A stretch of DNA of 64,000 nucleotides from positions 11,036,001 to 11,100,000 of the forward strand of contig CM022672.1 of assembly GCA_012295275.1 (NCBI GenBank), read 5' to 3'. Shown one piece after another: positions 12,669-25,718 of this stretch (positions are counted from its first letter, which is position 1; each line of letters begins with the position of its first letter). The notes beneath the pieces were generated by a model. It had not been told where the DNA came from, made no database searches, and was given only the letters and a program-made list of their open reading frames with translations. The stretch is from Chrysomallon squamiferum (lineage: Eukaryota > Animalia > Mollusca). A program made the position numbers and the translations under genes.

Positions 12669-14465
12669 TATTAGTGAAGAGATGAAGAACAGGCCTGACA
12701 GTTTCAGAATAATGCACATAAATAATTTTCATGCTCTCTCTGGTTCTGTACATATAGAAGTCTGGCCATATTCATAATGGTTGTAATTTTTCAATTTACT
12801 TTACAGTTTATTCTCTATCACCATTGGCAATCTGATTCCATAAATCTTTTCAACATGTGTACATGTATTGGCACTTATTACAACACACTGAGCAAATACA
12901 AGCTCGTATATATAACATCAAAGAAAAGAGAAATTTGCAATCATGACATACAACATTCATTATTGATTTAGAAGAATGCAGAAGTGTGTGTGGGGGGTTA
13001 TTGCTTTTTAAAATAAAAAAAGCCCAAACACTTGAGGTAGTATGAAGTGTAGAGTGAGAGAATTTGATATTTTGAAAGGATTGTTAATGCTTCCATTTAG
13101 GCTTGGTCAGAATCCTGCCATATAAATTACTAATGCCCCAGCAAAAATTGCCAACCATGGGTCAGAATTGACGATGCTGGTAAATTGATGAGATATTTTT
13201 AATTATCGTTTTTCAAAATCGCCTTTAAGGATTTGTTTTTTTGTTTGTTTGTTATTTTTAATTATTATTATTTTATTTTTTTTGCTGGGGAGATTTTTGG
13301 TTTATTTTCTATTTTCTAAATTCTTATCCATGCTCTTTAATCAGAAAATATAAATAAACATTTCAAACAATAAAATGACTACAAAAGGTATTAGTTTTAT
13401 TTATTTTAATACCAACACTTAAAATAATTAAATTAATTCAAAATATATTTGTTCAAAATCAAAATAATATTAACCACAAATATGAACATACTTTGTTATT
13501 TTTATGTGTATATTAGTGTGTACGTGCATGTCTGTCTGTCTGTCTGCATGCATATTTTTATGTGTGACTTCTCATATCATTAGTGAGTAGAAAATAAATT
13601 TTATTTCACTCAATAAAACAGAAAAACAACAATATACTATTAAAAACTTATTCACACCAAGTTATTCATAATGCTTGAGCAAGCTGAGGCAAAAGGTTTG
13701 CGAGAGAATGCAAGCAAGTGGAATGAATAAAGTTAATCTGGCGTCCAGTATCTCCTGGGATCCTGCAAACTCTTGTAAGTGCTCTGCTGTAAAATATGCC
13801 ACAGGACGGTACACGAAGGTTTTACTCAACTCAGTACTTTCAATTAATATGTCTTCTTAAACATACGTGACAGCAGCAGGTAGATTCGGCTTGGATTCAG
13901 TTATTGCAATATTCAGATGGTCATGCAATGGAGAGATCAAATAAAGACACGAAGAAAGTGATCAACAAATTGCTCAAAAACTCGATGGGAAGTGAAACTC
14001 GTCAGCAATGAATAAAATGGACATGGGAAATCTCCATTAGAAAAACGGCTGAGTGGACGCTGCTAATGCAGCTCTGTCGTGGATGTGAGAAATGTCTGAA
14101 GGATAAGATTATATCTGATATCCCAGAGTCCCGAAAGCTTTTATTTACTCAATGATTAGTTGTGCACAGCCTCATCAAAATTTCAGTTCTTTCAATACAA
14201 GGACATATACTCATGGGAAATAAGTAACTGTACTGGATCATAAAATCAATGTGTTGGTACAGAAAACCACAAAACATTTTTTTTTAAATATTTTGGAGAA
14301 TGGTGTATTTAGAAAATACGATTAATGGTGTAAAGTTTAAAATTTCTTTCATTTTGGTTCTAAATTCGTATTTATTACAGGCAGTTGTTTCTGCGACAAA
14401 TTAAATGAAAATATATGGTATGTTAAATAAGGCAATATCATGTAAATAACAATAACAATAATCTC

Positions 14466-14500
<35 letters not shown>

Positions 14501-17500
14501 CTAGATGATGATAATAAATATATAAATAACAACAGTAATAATATCAACAAACAACATTAATGATCAAAAATATTGCAAACACATCCCTCCTGCCCCACAA
14601 TATTAATAATAGTAGTAGCAGTAAAACAACAATAAATTAGTAAAAGTAAAAAGAAACAGATAAAGCTTAAGACGTATTAAAATCAAGAAGTCAAGAAAAA
14701 GATCTTCATTAATTCAAAATAACAATGCGTAGGTGTTTTTGAAAATGATCCATGCTGGAAATATGGCAAAAATCAATAACACTACATTTTGCACATTAGC
14801 AAAGAAGAGTCATTCACAGTTACATCAGATAACTATTATTAAAAATAAAAATAATTTAAAAAAACCATCATCAATCTTGTGTTATTCTTCCCTTTAAATG
14901 CCAGTTCTGGTCCAGAGGGAACATTATTAATTCATGTATCATATAAACGGCCTGCTTATCAATCTCATCAAAGATTTAAAATTAAATTTGTTTATTGACT
15001 GGAACAGTTTTTGAATCTGTAATAAATTGATGCAGCCATGAACCTGATAATATATGTGGGAACTTTGTTATGACAAAAGTCTTCCTTCAGGCAAAAATCA
15101 ATAAAGTGCTGCCCCCTACTTATTAAAAACAAATAATATTCTCGTATAAGAACCAAACTAAATGTCAAAGATCTGACAAGCCTAAAATATCCATTTCTTG
15201 TTGTAATATAACTCTGATTGAATTTTTTTCTTTTCTTTTTTTTTTTCACTATTTACCCTGTAGTCTTAAAATGCCAGACATTAAAAATATTTTTAAAAAA
15301 AGATAATAATAAGCAAATAAACATAAAATGTATTAGAGAATGACAATAAATGATAATGATACAAATGAAAAGAGATAGTTTTTTATTATTATTTTATTAT
15401 TATTATTACTAAGAATGGATAACATAATAAATTCATACTTTTTAATGATATTTCTCTCTGTTTCTCATCAAATATTATAAAATAAAGGAGAAGATGATTA
15501 ATAATTTCATTTCTGTTATTAAGAACAAATTATATACAATTAATTCTATAAACATCATAAATGGTTATAAGGATATATTTAAAAAAACAATCCCAAGACA
15601 TGGTGAAGGTTATAAGATGGCAGTCCTTTTGAAAAAAAGCTTCATTTTTGTTGAGTGTGTGTATCACATACAAAAATGCATTAATTAGACATTTTAAACT
15701 GTAACTGCATCTCACAGTAATGTTAACAAACATATACAATAGAAAAAAAAAAAAAAAAAAAAAAAAAAAATGTTAATAATTTCAGAATTTTCTTTACACA
15801 AGTGAACAATATTCATAGCAGTTAAAAAAAAAAAAACAGTAAAAAATCTTTTAGAAGAAGAAAAAAAAAAAAAAAAAAACAGTAAAAAATCTTTTAGAAG
15901 AAGAAAAAGAAAAAAAGGGTGAATTTTGTTTGTTTGAATTTGGCCAAAGTTTTATATGTCAAAGAAGGACAATCCTATGTATACCTTGCCCTGGTAATCA
16001 ATAGGTTCTATATATCACAGCTATTGGATTCTACACATTGCATCAACATCGGCTTAATACACCAGCAATTTGTGTTTACCCAAAATTGATTTCTTCCTGA
16101 ATGCGTATTGGACTTGAAAGTGGAAATAGATTCTTGACATTTGTACAACTGACACACATTACACGTGCAACAAAAAAAAATGTCAAAAAAAGATTGAACA
16201 AAAAAAGGAAAAAGAAAACAAATATTAAAAAGAGCAAACAAAAGGAGTAAAATATAATTTGTATTTGTCTGTGCATGAAAGCATGCACACATACAGCAAT
16301 CATTAAATCATACAGACAACAATAACAAATACACAGACATATTATTGTCACATATGGTAAACATGTAAAATTAATCGTATTCATATACTCTATTTTTCTT
16401 TTTAAAAAAAGACGTTTTAATTTTAATGAATATGTTTATATAAATATTATTAAAGCCAACATACTCATGATAATTTGAATGAATCAGTGCAATACACAAT
16501 TGTTTTTGGACATAAATGATTTAGCATTATAAAGAAATTTTATATTAAAAATACCCCAGAGACATACAATTCTAAATACCAGGGTTGCCAAATGATTCAA
16601 AATTAATAAATTAATTTATTAACACTGTTATCGTGCCTCTCAAATAAACTTTCAAAATTACTTTTGGGTGCTTCCCTTTTAACAGTATGTTTGAAGGTTA
16701 TAATTGCTTAAAAAAATTTAATACAAAAGTTAATTAAGCAAAAAACCATAGTGATGAGTTATGGATTTATTCTGTGAAACTACAAAAACTGTTAGCTTTT
16801 TTTAATTTTTATATATGTGAAGAAGAAAAGGGGGGAACAAAAGAAAAAATAAGGAACAAAAATGAAATAAAACCCCTGCATGTTCAATTCAGCTTTATAA
16901 TATTTATTTTGTTCATGCAGTGTTAATTCTGCTTTTCTCTCCATACCTTTGAAGTGTCCGAGAATGTGTCACAAATTCATTTGTTCTTTCAATTTAAAAA
17001 TATTTAAAGATTAGTTACAATCAATAACAAGTTCATCCCTTATCTTCTCTTCACAACACAATAGTAAAAGCTTTGACCTTTAAAATTTTTTTTTTTTACA
17101 AAATTTTTAAAAGAAAGAAAACTGTGTCTCTTGGCAGAGATTACTAACTTATCTGTTTGTCTGTTATTGAAAAAAAATTATTAAAAAAAATGAGTCTAGC
17201 TTTTTTTAACACCACCCACAAACAATCCTTTTACATTTGTGTGTTTGTCATACACTGACAATTCCTCTGAGATAAATCACAATGATGAAGGAGATGACTG
17301 TCTTCAACACTCGGAGAGAAACAGACAGTTGGTGAAAGAGTGATTGAGTGAATGAGTGAGTTTATGAGATGAGACTGAAAGGGAAGGAAGGAAAGACGGA
17401 GAAAAAGGGAGATTGAGGGGAATAGAAAATAGAGATGTGAGAAAGCATGAAATATAATGAGGTAATCTAGAGAAGAATAACATTTCTTCTTTGATAAACA

Positions 17501-17799
17501 ATTTATACAATGTGTATATATATTGAATGAGAAAGACAGAGATGGAGAGAGAGAGACACAGGGGAAGTAAAAGATATAAAGAGAAAACAGTGAGAGAGAT
17601 GCAGAAACAGATATGAGAAAAAGAAAAAACAAGCATGTTCACAGGATACAGAACACACGCAGGCAGACAGATCTATTATTTCAAATCATTATGAAATGTA
17701 AGATGACTACACTGAAAGTATTCAGTCTCATTTAGCTACACTGTAACTGATGCAACAATCTAAAACCTGTGTCACGCATAAACACAATTTATTCACTTA

Positions 17800-18210
17800 C
17801 TGCCCAAACCTCAAGTCATAAACCAATGTCCAGGTCATCCCAACACCTCAATCACAGATCAATGTCCACACAGTTCGATTGTGTAAAACAGAACAATGGT
17901 AATTTACATAAAACACAAATGTAGTGCATTATAAGCATATAGTCATGTCACCCCCATATTTCAGTCATGTAAAACAGAACCCTGGTACTTTACAAGCTCA
18001 TGACCATATAAATCTCACATCTTAATCATATGAGATACAATCATGTCATGTTTTTATTTCAGCACTGTAATTTATAAACCTGCGGCCAGCTCATCCCCAA
18101 ACCTTGAAAATGATGTTATATCTGTGAAACAGAACCATGGTACATTATAAACATATGGCCATGTCAGACCTATACCTTAGTCAAGTAAAACACAACCACA
18201 GTACATTTCA
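17800..18210. repeat. Degenerate tandem repeat
   Basis: Recurrent TGTAAAACAGAACCATGGTACATT and AGTCATG motifs. Confidence 0.6.
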
Positions 18211-21200
18211 ACCCCATCCTCTCCTGCCATTATCAAGTTCTGTCATTATCACTGTACAAATGAGTGAGTCTGGAATGGACAGGGTTTCATACTGAGTAGA
18301 GAATTATAATCCAATATCACTGTACAAAATCAATCTGGTTTAGACAAAAGGCACTCCATAACTTGATTCAGTGTTCATGGATGTGTGGCATTTCCAATGT
18401 TACTAATAGACTGTTCAAGTCCATTAGTGAAGCTGAACAATAAAACAAATTTAGTTTTTGATTTTTACTTCATGAAAAATACATTCTTTTTCTTTGTAGT
18501 TTTCTTAATTGGGAATTCACATAAACAGTGTGGGGAAAAAAAAGAAGAGATGAAAAGAAAAATAGATTATTTTGTACTATATTCATAGGGAACATGATAT
18601 TAATGGCATATTTTCCAATAAAGATAAAAATGTATTTATTTTTCAAACTTATTTGTGTCAGTATTATTCATTTATTTATTAATCTTAATCCAAACCAACA
18701 GCACTTTATTTCTTGTTTCCCAGTATAGACAGTGCCTTACAATGGTTTATTAAATGTCTTGGGTATGTGCTTTTATGTCTCTATAAAGGTTTGTGTAGAA
18801 CATCCCTTGTTTCTAATAACTAACAATGGCCAATAAAGCAGTTGCATAATAGTTAATATTATAACATCTAGATTGATATATCTTTAAGAAAATATTTATT
18901 TTGAAAAATCAGGCTAACGATACTATTACCGTCAGTGTGCAACCAAGATACTTTTTTATGCTAGTAAGTTAGTAACAGCAGAGTTTGCAGAGAAGTCTTG
19001 TAAATGGAAATCCTAACATTTAACTGATCCTAGACCTTGGAAACAATCCCAAACTCTAGCAGGAAAATCCACTAACTTAACAACTGTAAACTGAGCAAAG
19101 ATTCAAATACTTTTGTCATCTAAATGAAAAGTATATAATCTTCATGCCAACTGAAATCATGTCCTTACTTGAGCAGGTTAATATTTGATCATATTAGGTG
19201 TCTGCCAATAATGTTATTATTCCCATTACTTTTAATCAGAGTAATTACTTATGATGGAAACTACTTTATATAGATGACAACAAAAATGTGTGTTTAAAAA
19301 AAACAGAATATGACACTGAGTGGAGTAAGAGATGAAGACAAAGAAATCAAAGACAGAAAAACACCAGGAAAAGCAGTCAGTGAGAGAGTGAGAAATGACA
19401 ATAATAAATTTTTAAACCAAAGTAACTGTTAATTTTTAGGAATTAACCAGCAAAAATATATCATAGACCTTTTCTCTTTTCTGTAAGAAGACAGAGGCAA
19501 ATAATAGAAATACAGTTATTTTATGTTCTTTTTTTCAGTAATAATAAAAAGAAGAAGAAGAAGAGAAGAAACCCATCAAAAGACGGTTAAAGACCCAATA
19601 ATTTGTGGAATTAAAATCAGTTTGAAAAGCATTCTTCATAGCTGTTGTCTATTCCGGAATGCTGAAAGCATTTCATTAAGACGGACCGACTTAGGACTTT
19701 GCTCTCGTGTCAACTGCCAGTGTAAACGTGTTTTGTTTGTCTCTGTATTCAAGGAATCAGTAGGAAACAATAGTAGAATTGTCCATGGTTTTCTAGACAT
19801 TGCTGATGTGGAATCTCTAAATCAGGATGCAAAAGAACAGAGCAGGAAGATGAAGAAAGTATTAACATTTGACTAAAAGAACTCTAGAACAAGAGCAATT
19901 AAAAAATAATAAAAAAACTAATAATAAAAAAAAATAAAAATAAAAAAAAGATTGTGGAGAAAAAATTTGCAAAATGAAAAGAAGAAAATTAGGAAAAGAC
20001 CAAAAAAATATAAAAGTTAAAAGTAAACAAACAAACAAAAAAAAAAGATTAAGAGAGGAAGAACAGATTATGAAAAATAAAGAAAAAGGATTTAGAAAAG
20101 AACAAGTAGATTAAATAAATTGAATAAAGATTACAAAAAATAATAAATAACTAAGTAAATAAATAAATAATTAATAAATAAAGGAAAAAAATCTTTAAAA
20201 AAAGAAGAAACTTTGTTGAAAATGGATCTACTCTAGTTTAAAAAGATTTTTTTTTCTTTTTCAAAAATAGATCAGTAAATTGTATATCTTAACAATCTCA
20301 ATTCCAAAGAAAAGAGGTTTGCAGTTTGAAACAGCAAGAATCAGAAGTACAGTTAAAAAAAAAAGCAACCAGACAGAAAATTATAAATTATCTTTTGGCA
20401 AATTAAATGTTTTAGAAAATGGAATTCAAAACTTTGTTTGACACACTTAAAATGCAAATTTGTTTCTGATGTTAACATGTTGTTAATGGATCACATCTCC
20501 CTTTCTTTCTTTAATTCTTTTTTTTTCTTTTTTTTTTGTTCCAATTTTAATCACACATTACACTACAGTTAAAAAAAAACCCTTTGAAATGACATAAATT
20601 TCATGGTTGTATAATTAACACAGACACATATACAGTTATCAAAATCATCTACATATGCTGATGACGTTTTATTAAAATGTGTTAGGATGTGGTTGGTAAT
20701 CAGCATATCAGTTTTAGTTTTTACAGTTATAAAAAATAACATTTTCCTCAGTTATAATCACAATGATGATAAGAATATTGAGGAATATGACAATAATGAA
20801 CATTTCAATTTTTTTTTTTTTACTGAAGATTACAAAGTTTGTATTACTTGATTACGTAATTGCATCTCACCTTCAACAACCATTTATTCAATGAAATGTA
20901 ATTCTGTGCATAAAAAATGTTATATCTGGCATGGTGAAAACACAGACATTGATAGAGGAACACAAAAACACACAAACACACACACAGATACGTATGTATG
21001 TATATGCATCGATGTATTTATGTAGGTGTATGCAAGTAAATATGTTTTTGTGCTTGTGTCTACATCTCTGGTTGTGTTACATACATGTGTTAGTATGTAT
21101 GTATATGTACGTACATATATGACTATGTGTGTATGTGTCTATGACCTGACACCTGAATAAAAACAGCATACTCTGTAATTTACCCTGTATATGTCCATTA

Positions 21201-24200
21201 CAGCAACCTCATCTTGACACTGTCATTGCCAATATCATCTTCTTAATATAAAACATTTTAACAAAGCATCTACATCAAGATAAAATTCTTAACCAAATAC
21301 CAAGCCAAAAGGCCAAGGCTTTCATAACTGCATTATTCATATTAAATACGATATTAAATAAACAATACTGTTCATAATTATAACCATGTAGCCTGGCATC
21401 TTTAATTAATAAAATACAACAATATGCTCATTTTTATGCACACAGAGTGTTACCACTGCTGTATATAGAGCTGTCTAATTAGCCTGGTCTTATGGAAGTA
21501 TAAAACAGATCATTATTGGACCCATTAATTTACAACACTACAGAAAATGTTATTAAGCATATTTGTTTATGGATATAAAAGGTTTTTTTCTCTCTCATTT
21601 ATTTGTATTAGCATTTACGTTGTAGTTATTACTATACATTTATCAATACTGATGTGGTGGAGTCTGGGTGTGTGTGTTTGTGTGCGTGCACGCAAATGTG
21701 CCTGTGTGTGTGCATGCATATGTGTACCCACATACATACACAGATAAATATATTTTATTTTATTTATTCTTTGGTTGATGTTTTTCTTTGTTTTGTTATC
21801 ATTATATTACTATTATTCTGGTGTATAGGAACATTCCAGTTCTGATTTTTTTTTTTTTAATGGACTATATGCTTAAAGGATACATGTCTACTACTTTTAT
21901 AAAAGTAAATTCATCATTTGTTTGTTGTTTTATAAATCAGTACTAAAATGAAGGTTTTTATTTTATTTATGAAAGATACATGTTTTTATACACCTTTCTA
22001 ATACATATGGCTTGCATTTGGTTGGAAGGTTAATTTAATTGGTTTAGACAGGCTGCCAATTTTGTTTTTATATCGCATTTCAGCTGTGATCTGATCTTGT
22101 TCATACTGAATATAATAATAATAAAAACAATAATAATAATAATAATAATAATTGAAAAAAGTGATATAATAAAAAAAATTAAATAAATAAATAATAAATA
22201 ATCCCATCTTAAGAAGAGCTGTAGTAATTCTTCCCGATTGTAGTATTTGTGACAAAGTCCTCACAGGCAATCTCCATGACAGTCAGTCAGCAAATATTTA
22301 AAATCCTTGGCAACCAAATGCTGGAAATGTTCAAGAAAATTCCCACAAGGGAAATGTCAACAGTGAATGACTGTTTTCAAATGTAATGGTTTGACATGGA
22401 CTAATTACATGGGAAATGAACAGACGGGGATTCTTAACCAGTTTAAAATGAACTGTGGTTAATGGCAGAGAGAATTGCCTGGAAAATATTTAAATGCTTT
22501 CTTGATACAGATTATTTTCTTTTATTAAAGGCAATGATTACTGAAAACATTTACATGCCTTTTCCATTCAAATAATTGATTGTTTTCACTGACACCACCA
22601 GTCTGTGCAAGAGATCCCAGTTTGCAATGCACAACAGCCATTTTGTTTTCCTAGTTCAAAACTGTAGTCATGGGAAAAATATACAGATGTTTCTTTTTAT
22701 TTAATGAAATTCATTCCACCTGGATATATATCACATTTATGATCACACAATTAACAAAACAATGTCTATAATAAAGTATATTATATGCAATTCAAAAGAA
22801 AGTGTAATTTGCTTTCTAGGGAAAGGAAAAGGCAAATGTCTGCTTGTTACAGGAGAAAAATAAAGAGCCTGATTTTATGTGAAATTTAGGGGCAAAATTA
22901 TGAAGGTAAGACAAGATCATGTTGTTCTAGCAATTAATCATAAAAAACCAAAAAACCCAACAACATGCTACTTATACATTGATGACCTTCAAACACTGGT
23001 TATGAGTAAATGGTTGGTTAGAATGACATTTTGATCTATTTTGTACAAAAGAAAGAAAAAAAGTTATGATTTGATTTGTAATGTCAATATTTATTACTGA
23101 ACAAGTCAGAGGGACAGGAAGACATGGATCACAGACAATTCCCAGGACATGAATAAATAATTTATTCTTTTATAATTTATGTTTGATTATAAACGGAACA
23201 AAAGTTGATTCAAGCATCTCAGTATCATGTTCTATTATTTCTATTTCCTTCTTAACGGTACAATTAATAAATGATATATCACATAAATAAAATCTACTAC
23301 TATTGGACTTGTAATTGCATTCATTCACAAAAGAAAATGATTTGTCAATTTTTTTTTTTTTTTTTCAGATATACATCCATCTTGAATCTGAAATTCCAGC
23401 ATTTCAAAATGACAGTGTCTTTATTTAGCATGGTTAGTTTCACCAGAATTGATTTTATATAAAAACAGTACACTGTCAGCCACTGAGCCATTTGTTGTGT
23501 TTTTAAATTTATTTACAGCAAACATTTTGATTAAAGCAGTCAGAAATAATGTAATACCAGAATGTATCATTCAACTTTTTTTTTTCATCTTTGTTAAACT
23601 AAGTTAATGAAACTTATATATAATGCATTGCATCTATCCTATATGTTTTTATATTACCTTGTTAAGCTGAATCAATAGTCTACAATATACATGTATCATA
23701 TTCGTCAGTGTATCATGTGTTTCTTTATTAAGCTGAGGTAAACAATCCTGCAGTATCATATATCCCACATTATGATTATCATTACTATTAATATATAAGC
23801 TGACATAATCAAGCTGTATTGTATGTGTCTGTGTGTAACATGTATACATTTTTAATAGCTTCTGCTTCATTAATAAAACCTACATATTTCACATAAACTT
23901 TTATTATATCTTTTTAAACTAACAATGAAACCTGCATGTATCATATATTTTATTGTATTACCTGACTTAAAGCTGCATGTTTCCTATACTTCAATAATAT
24001 TTCTTTGTATCATTCTTGTTAAATAGACCTAATCAAAACTGTACAATATATTATATATTTCAATGGATCACCTTTATTACTGTAACCAGACCAAACTTTA
24101 AGAGTAAACTCAGATATATTCCTGACTCTTAATTAATGGGCATTTTAAAATTAGAATTTATTGCAGATGTGAATAGCTATTTTACTGCCAATTTTTAAGC

Positions 24201-24559
24201 TGCATAGCAGAGATTATATTATTGATCTTTCACTAAGAATTTTCTTAGATGAACTTGGTCATTAACAATGATTATGGGAAAAAAAAAGAAAAAAAAAGAA
24301 GATTTAGAACTGTGTAAAGTTATAAATTATTAACAACCCTTCATTTGCTATTAATAATCAAAGAGCTTATTTGGAAAGTGTCTTCACCTGTAATGCAGTT
24401 TGAGATAAAATGTTGTGACAAGCATAAATAAACAGTTTCATATGGTAATGGCAGTAGGGTGTTTTCATTGGTTAACTGAGTTTCAGGATAAAAAAATTCT
24501 TCCAGCTCATGTAATGAACATTCTTTATCAAATACTGCGGTAGGTGCTTTCCTGTTCAT

Positions 24560-24602
<43 letters not shown>

Positions 24603-25279
24603 TTGTTGCCAATTGGTAAGAAGCTGCACCAGCAGCAACATCATTATGCTTGACACTAAATGTTTAATAAATGATGTAACAACAAATTTTAATAACAATA
24701 ACAAACAAAAATAAACAATACTATCTAATTAAAAAAAGAAAAAAGAGATAAATAATGACAGAATGACATATCTGGCTATCTGAAAATATTACAGAAATGT
24801 GTTGAACAAAAAAAGAAAAAACAAAAAGAAAGAAAAAAGACCATAAAATTAAAACAATGAAAGCCCAACTAATTCACAAACCAAGTCCATGTAAGAGTAA
24901 AATAAATTTGCTGGCTAAATGAAAGAATCAGTTGTATTATGTGCTAGTACTATATTGATTTTGTCAGCCACTACAACAAGGTGCAATCATGGATAATACA
25001 TCTGGCACTGTTCCAGAATCAATGGATGCTGTGTGACTGGTATGTGGGTTTTTTCAAATATTCTTTTTATTATTATCTGGCTTCATCCCACACAATTGCA
25101 AACGTCATCAACTGTTACAGATAATGAAATCAGACAGAAAAAGAAAACGCACTAACATTAAACAAAGATGTGAATAACCATTTTTGATAAAACAATGATT
25201 ACATTTGTTTTAAATTATCTTTTTCACTTCATTTTCTTTCTTAAAGTCAGCAGAAATTAATTTAGTGCAATTTGATTGT

Positions 25280-25388
25280 TATTTCTTGAAATTATTTCAT
25301 TATAAATTTTAACACTGATAATTTAAAGTATTCAACAAGATATGTCTGATTTCATAACATCAGAATGTCTGAAATTCAAATGTTTACT
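25280..25388 (+). repeat. Dispersed repeat fragment, copy 1 (copy 2 at 32031-32131)
   Basis: Shared TATTTCTTGAAA.TATTTCATT.TAAAT.T.AACA.TGATAATTTAAA ... ATATGTCTGATTTCAT.ACAT ... TCTGAAATTCAAAT.TTTAC. Confidence 0.75.
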
Positions 25389-25718
25389 TTGCCAAAAAAT
25401 AGTTTTTTTAATACTGAAACAGAAGTAAATGAAGTTCATGTATTTTAGGATTTCCAACTTGGCTGAACATAATCGATTAACATTATTCCATACCAAGTGT
25501 CAAAAGCAGTAGAAGTACAGTACAAATATTTAAAATCACATTTGTAACAAACCTATTTTAATTCATTCTTCAAAAATTACCATCATAAACGTAGTAATTA
25601 ACATTTATAAATAACATTCTACGGAAATATACAGAAAAATAAATATTAGTAACATACAATTCAGTTCAGGATATGGTACAGCATTATTCAAAAGATTTAA
25701 TATGAAAGACAGGTTGCA

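Noticed and set aside
13033-13055. let-7 family microRNA (TGAGGTAGTA)
   Set aside because: Only the first 10 nt match, the 3' half differs and no precursor hairpin is evident.
15824-15910. Duplicated CAGTAAAAAATCTTTTAGAAGAAG between poly-A runs
   Set aside because: Simple slippage duplication mediated by A tracts, with no further significance.
15995-16035. miR-2 family microRNA (TATCACAGC within a short hairpin)
   Set aside because: Seed-only match lying in the loop, and the stem is too short for a pre-miRNA.
16008-16292. Cysteine-rich 94-aa peptide ORF
   Set aside because: The N-terminal half comes from T-rich low-complexity DNA, with no recognisable Cys spacing or splice support.
17231-17642. 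Two hydrophobic ORFs of 112-133 aa
   Set aside because: Translation of a GA-rich low-complexity tract.
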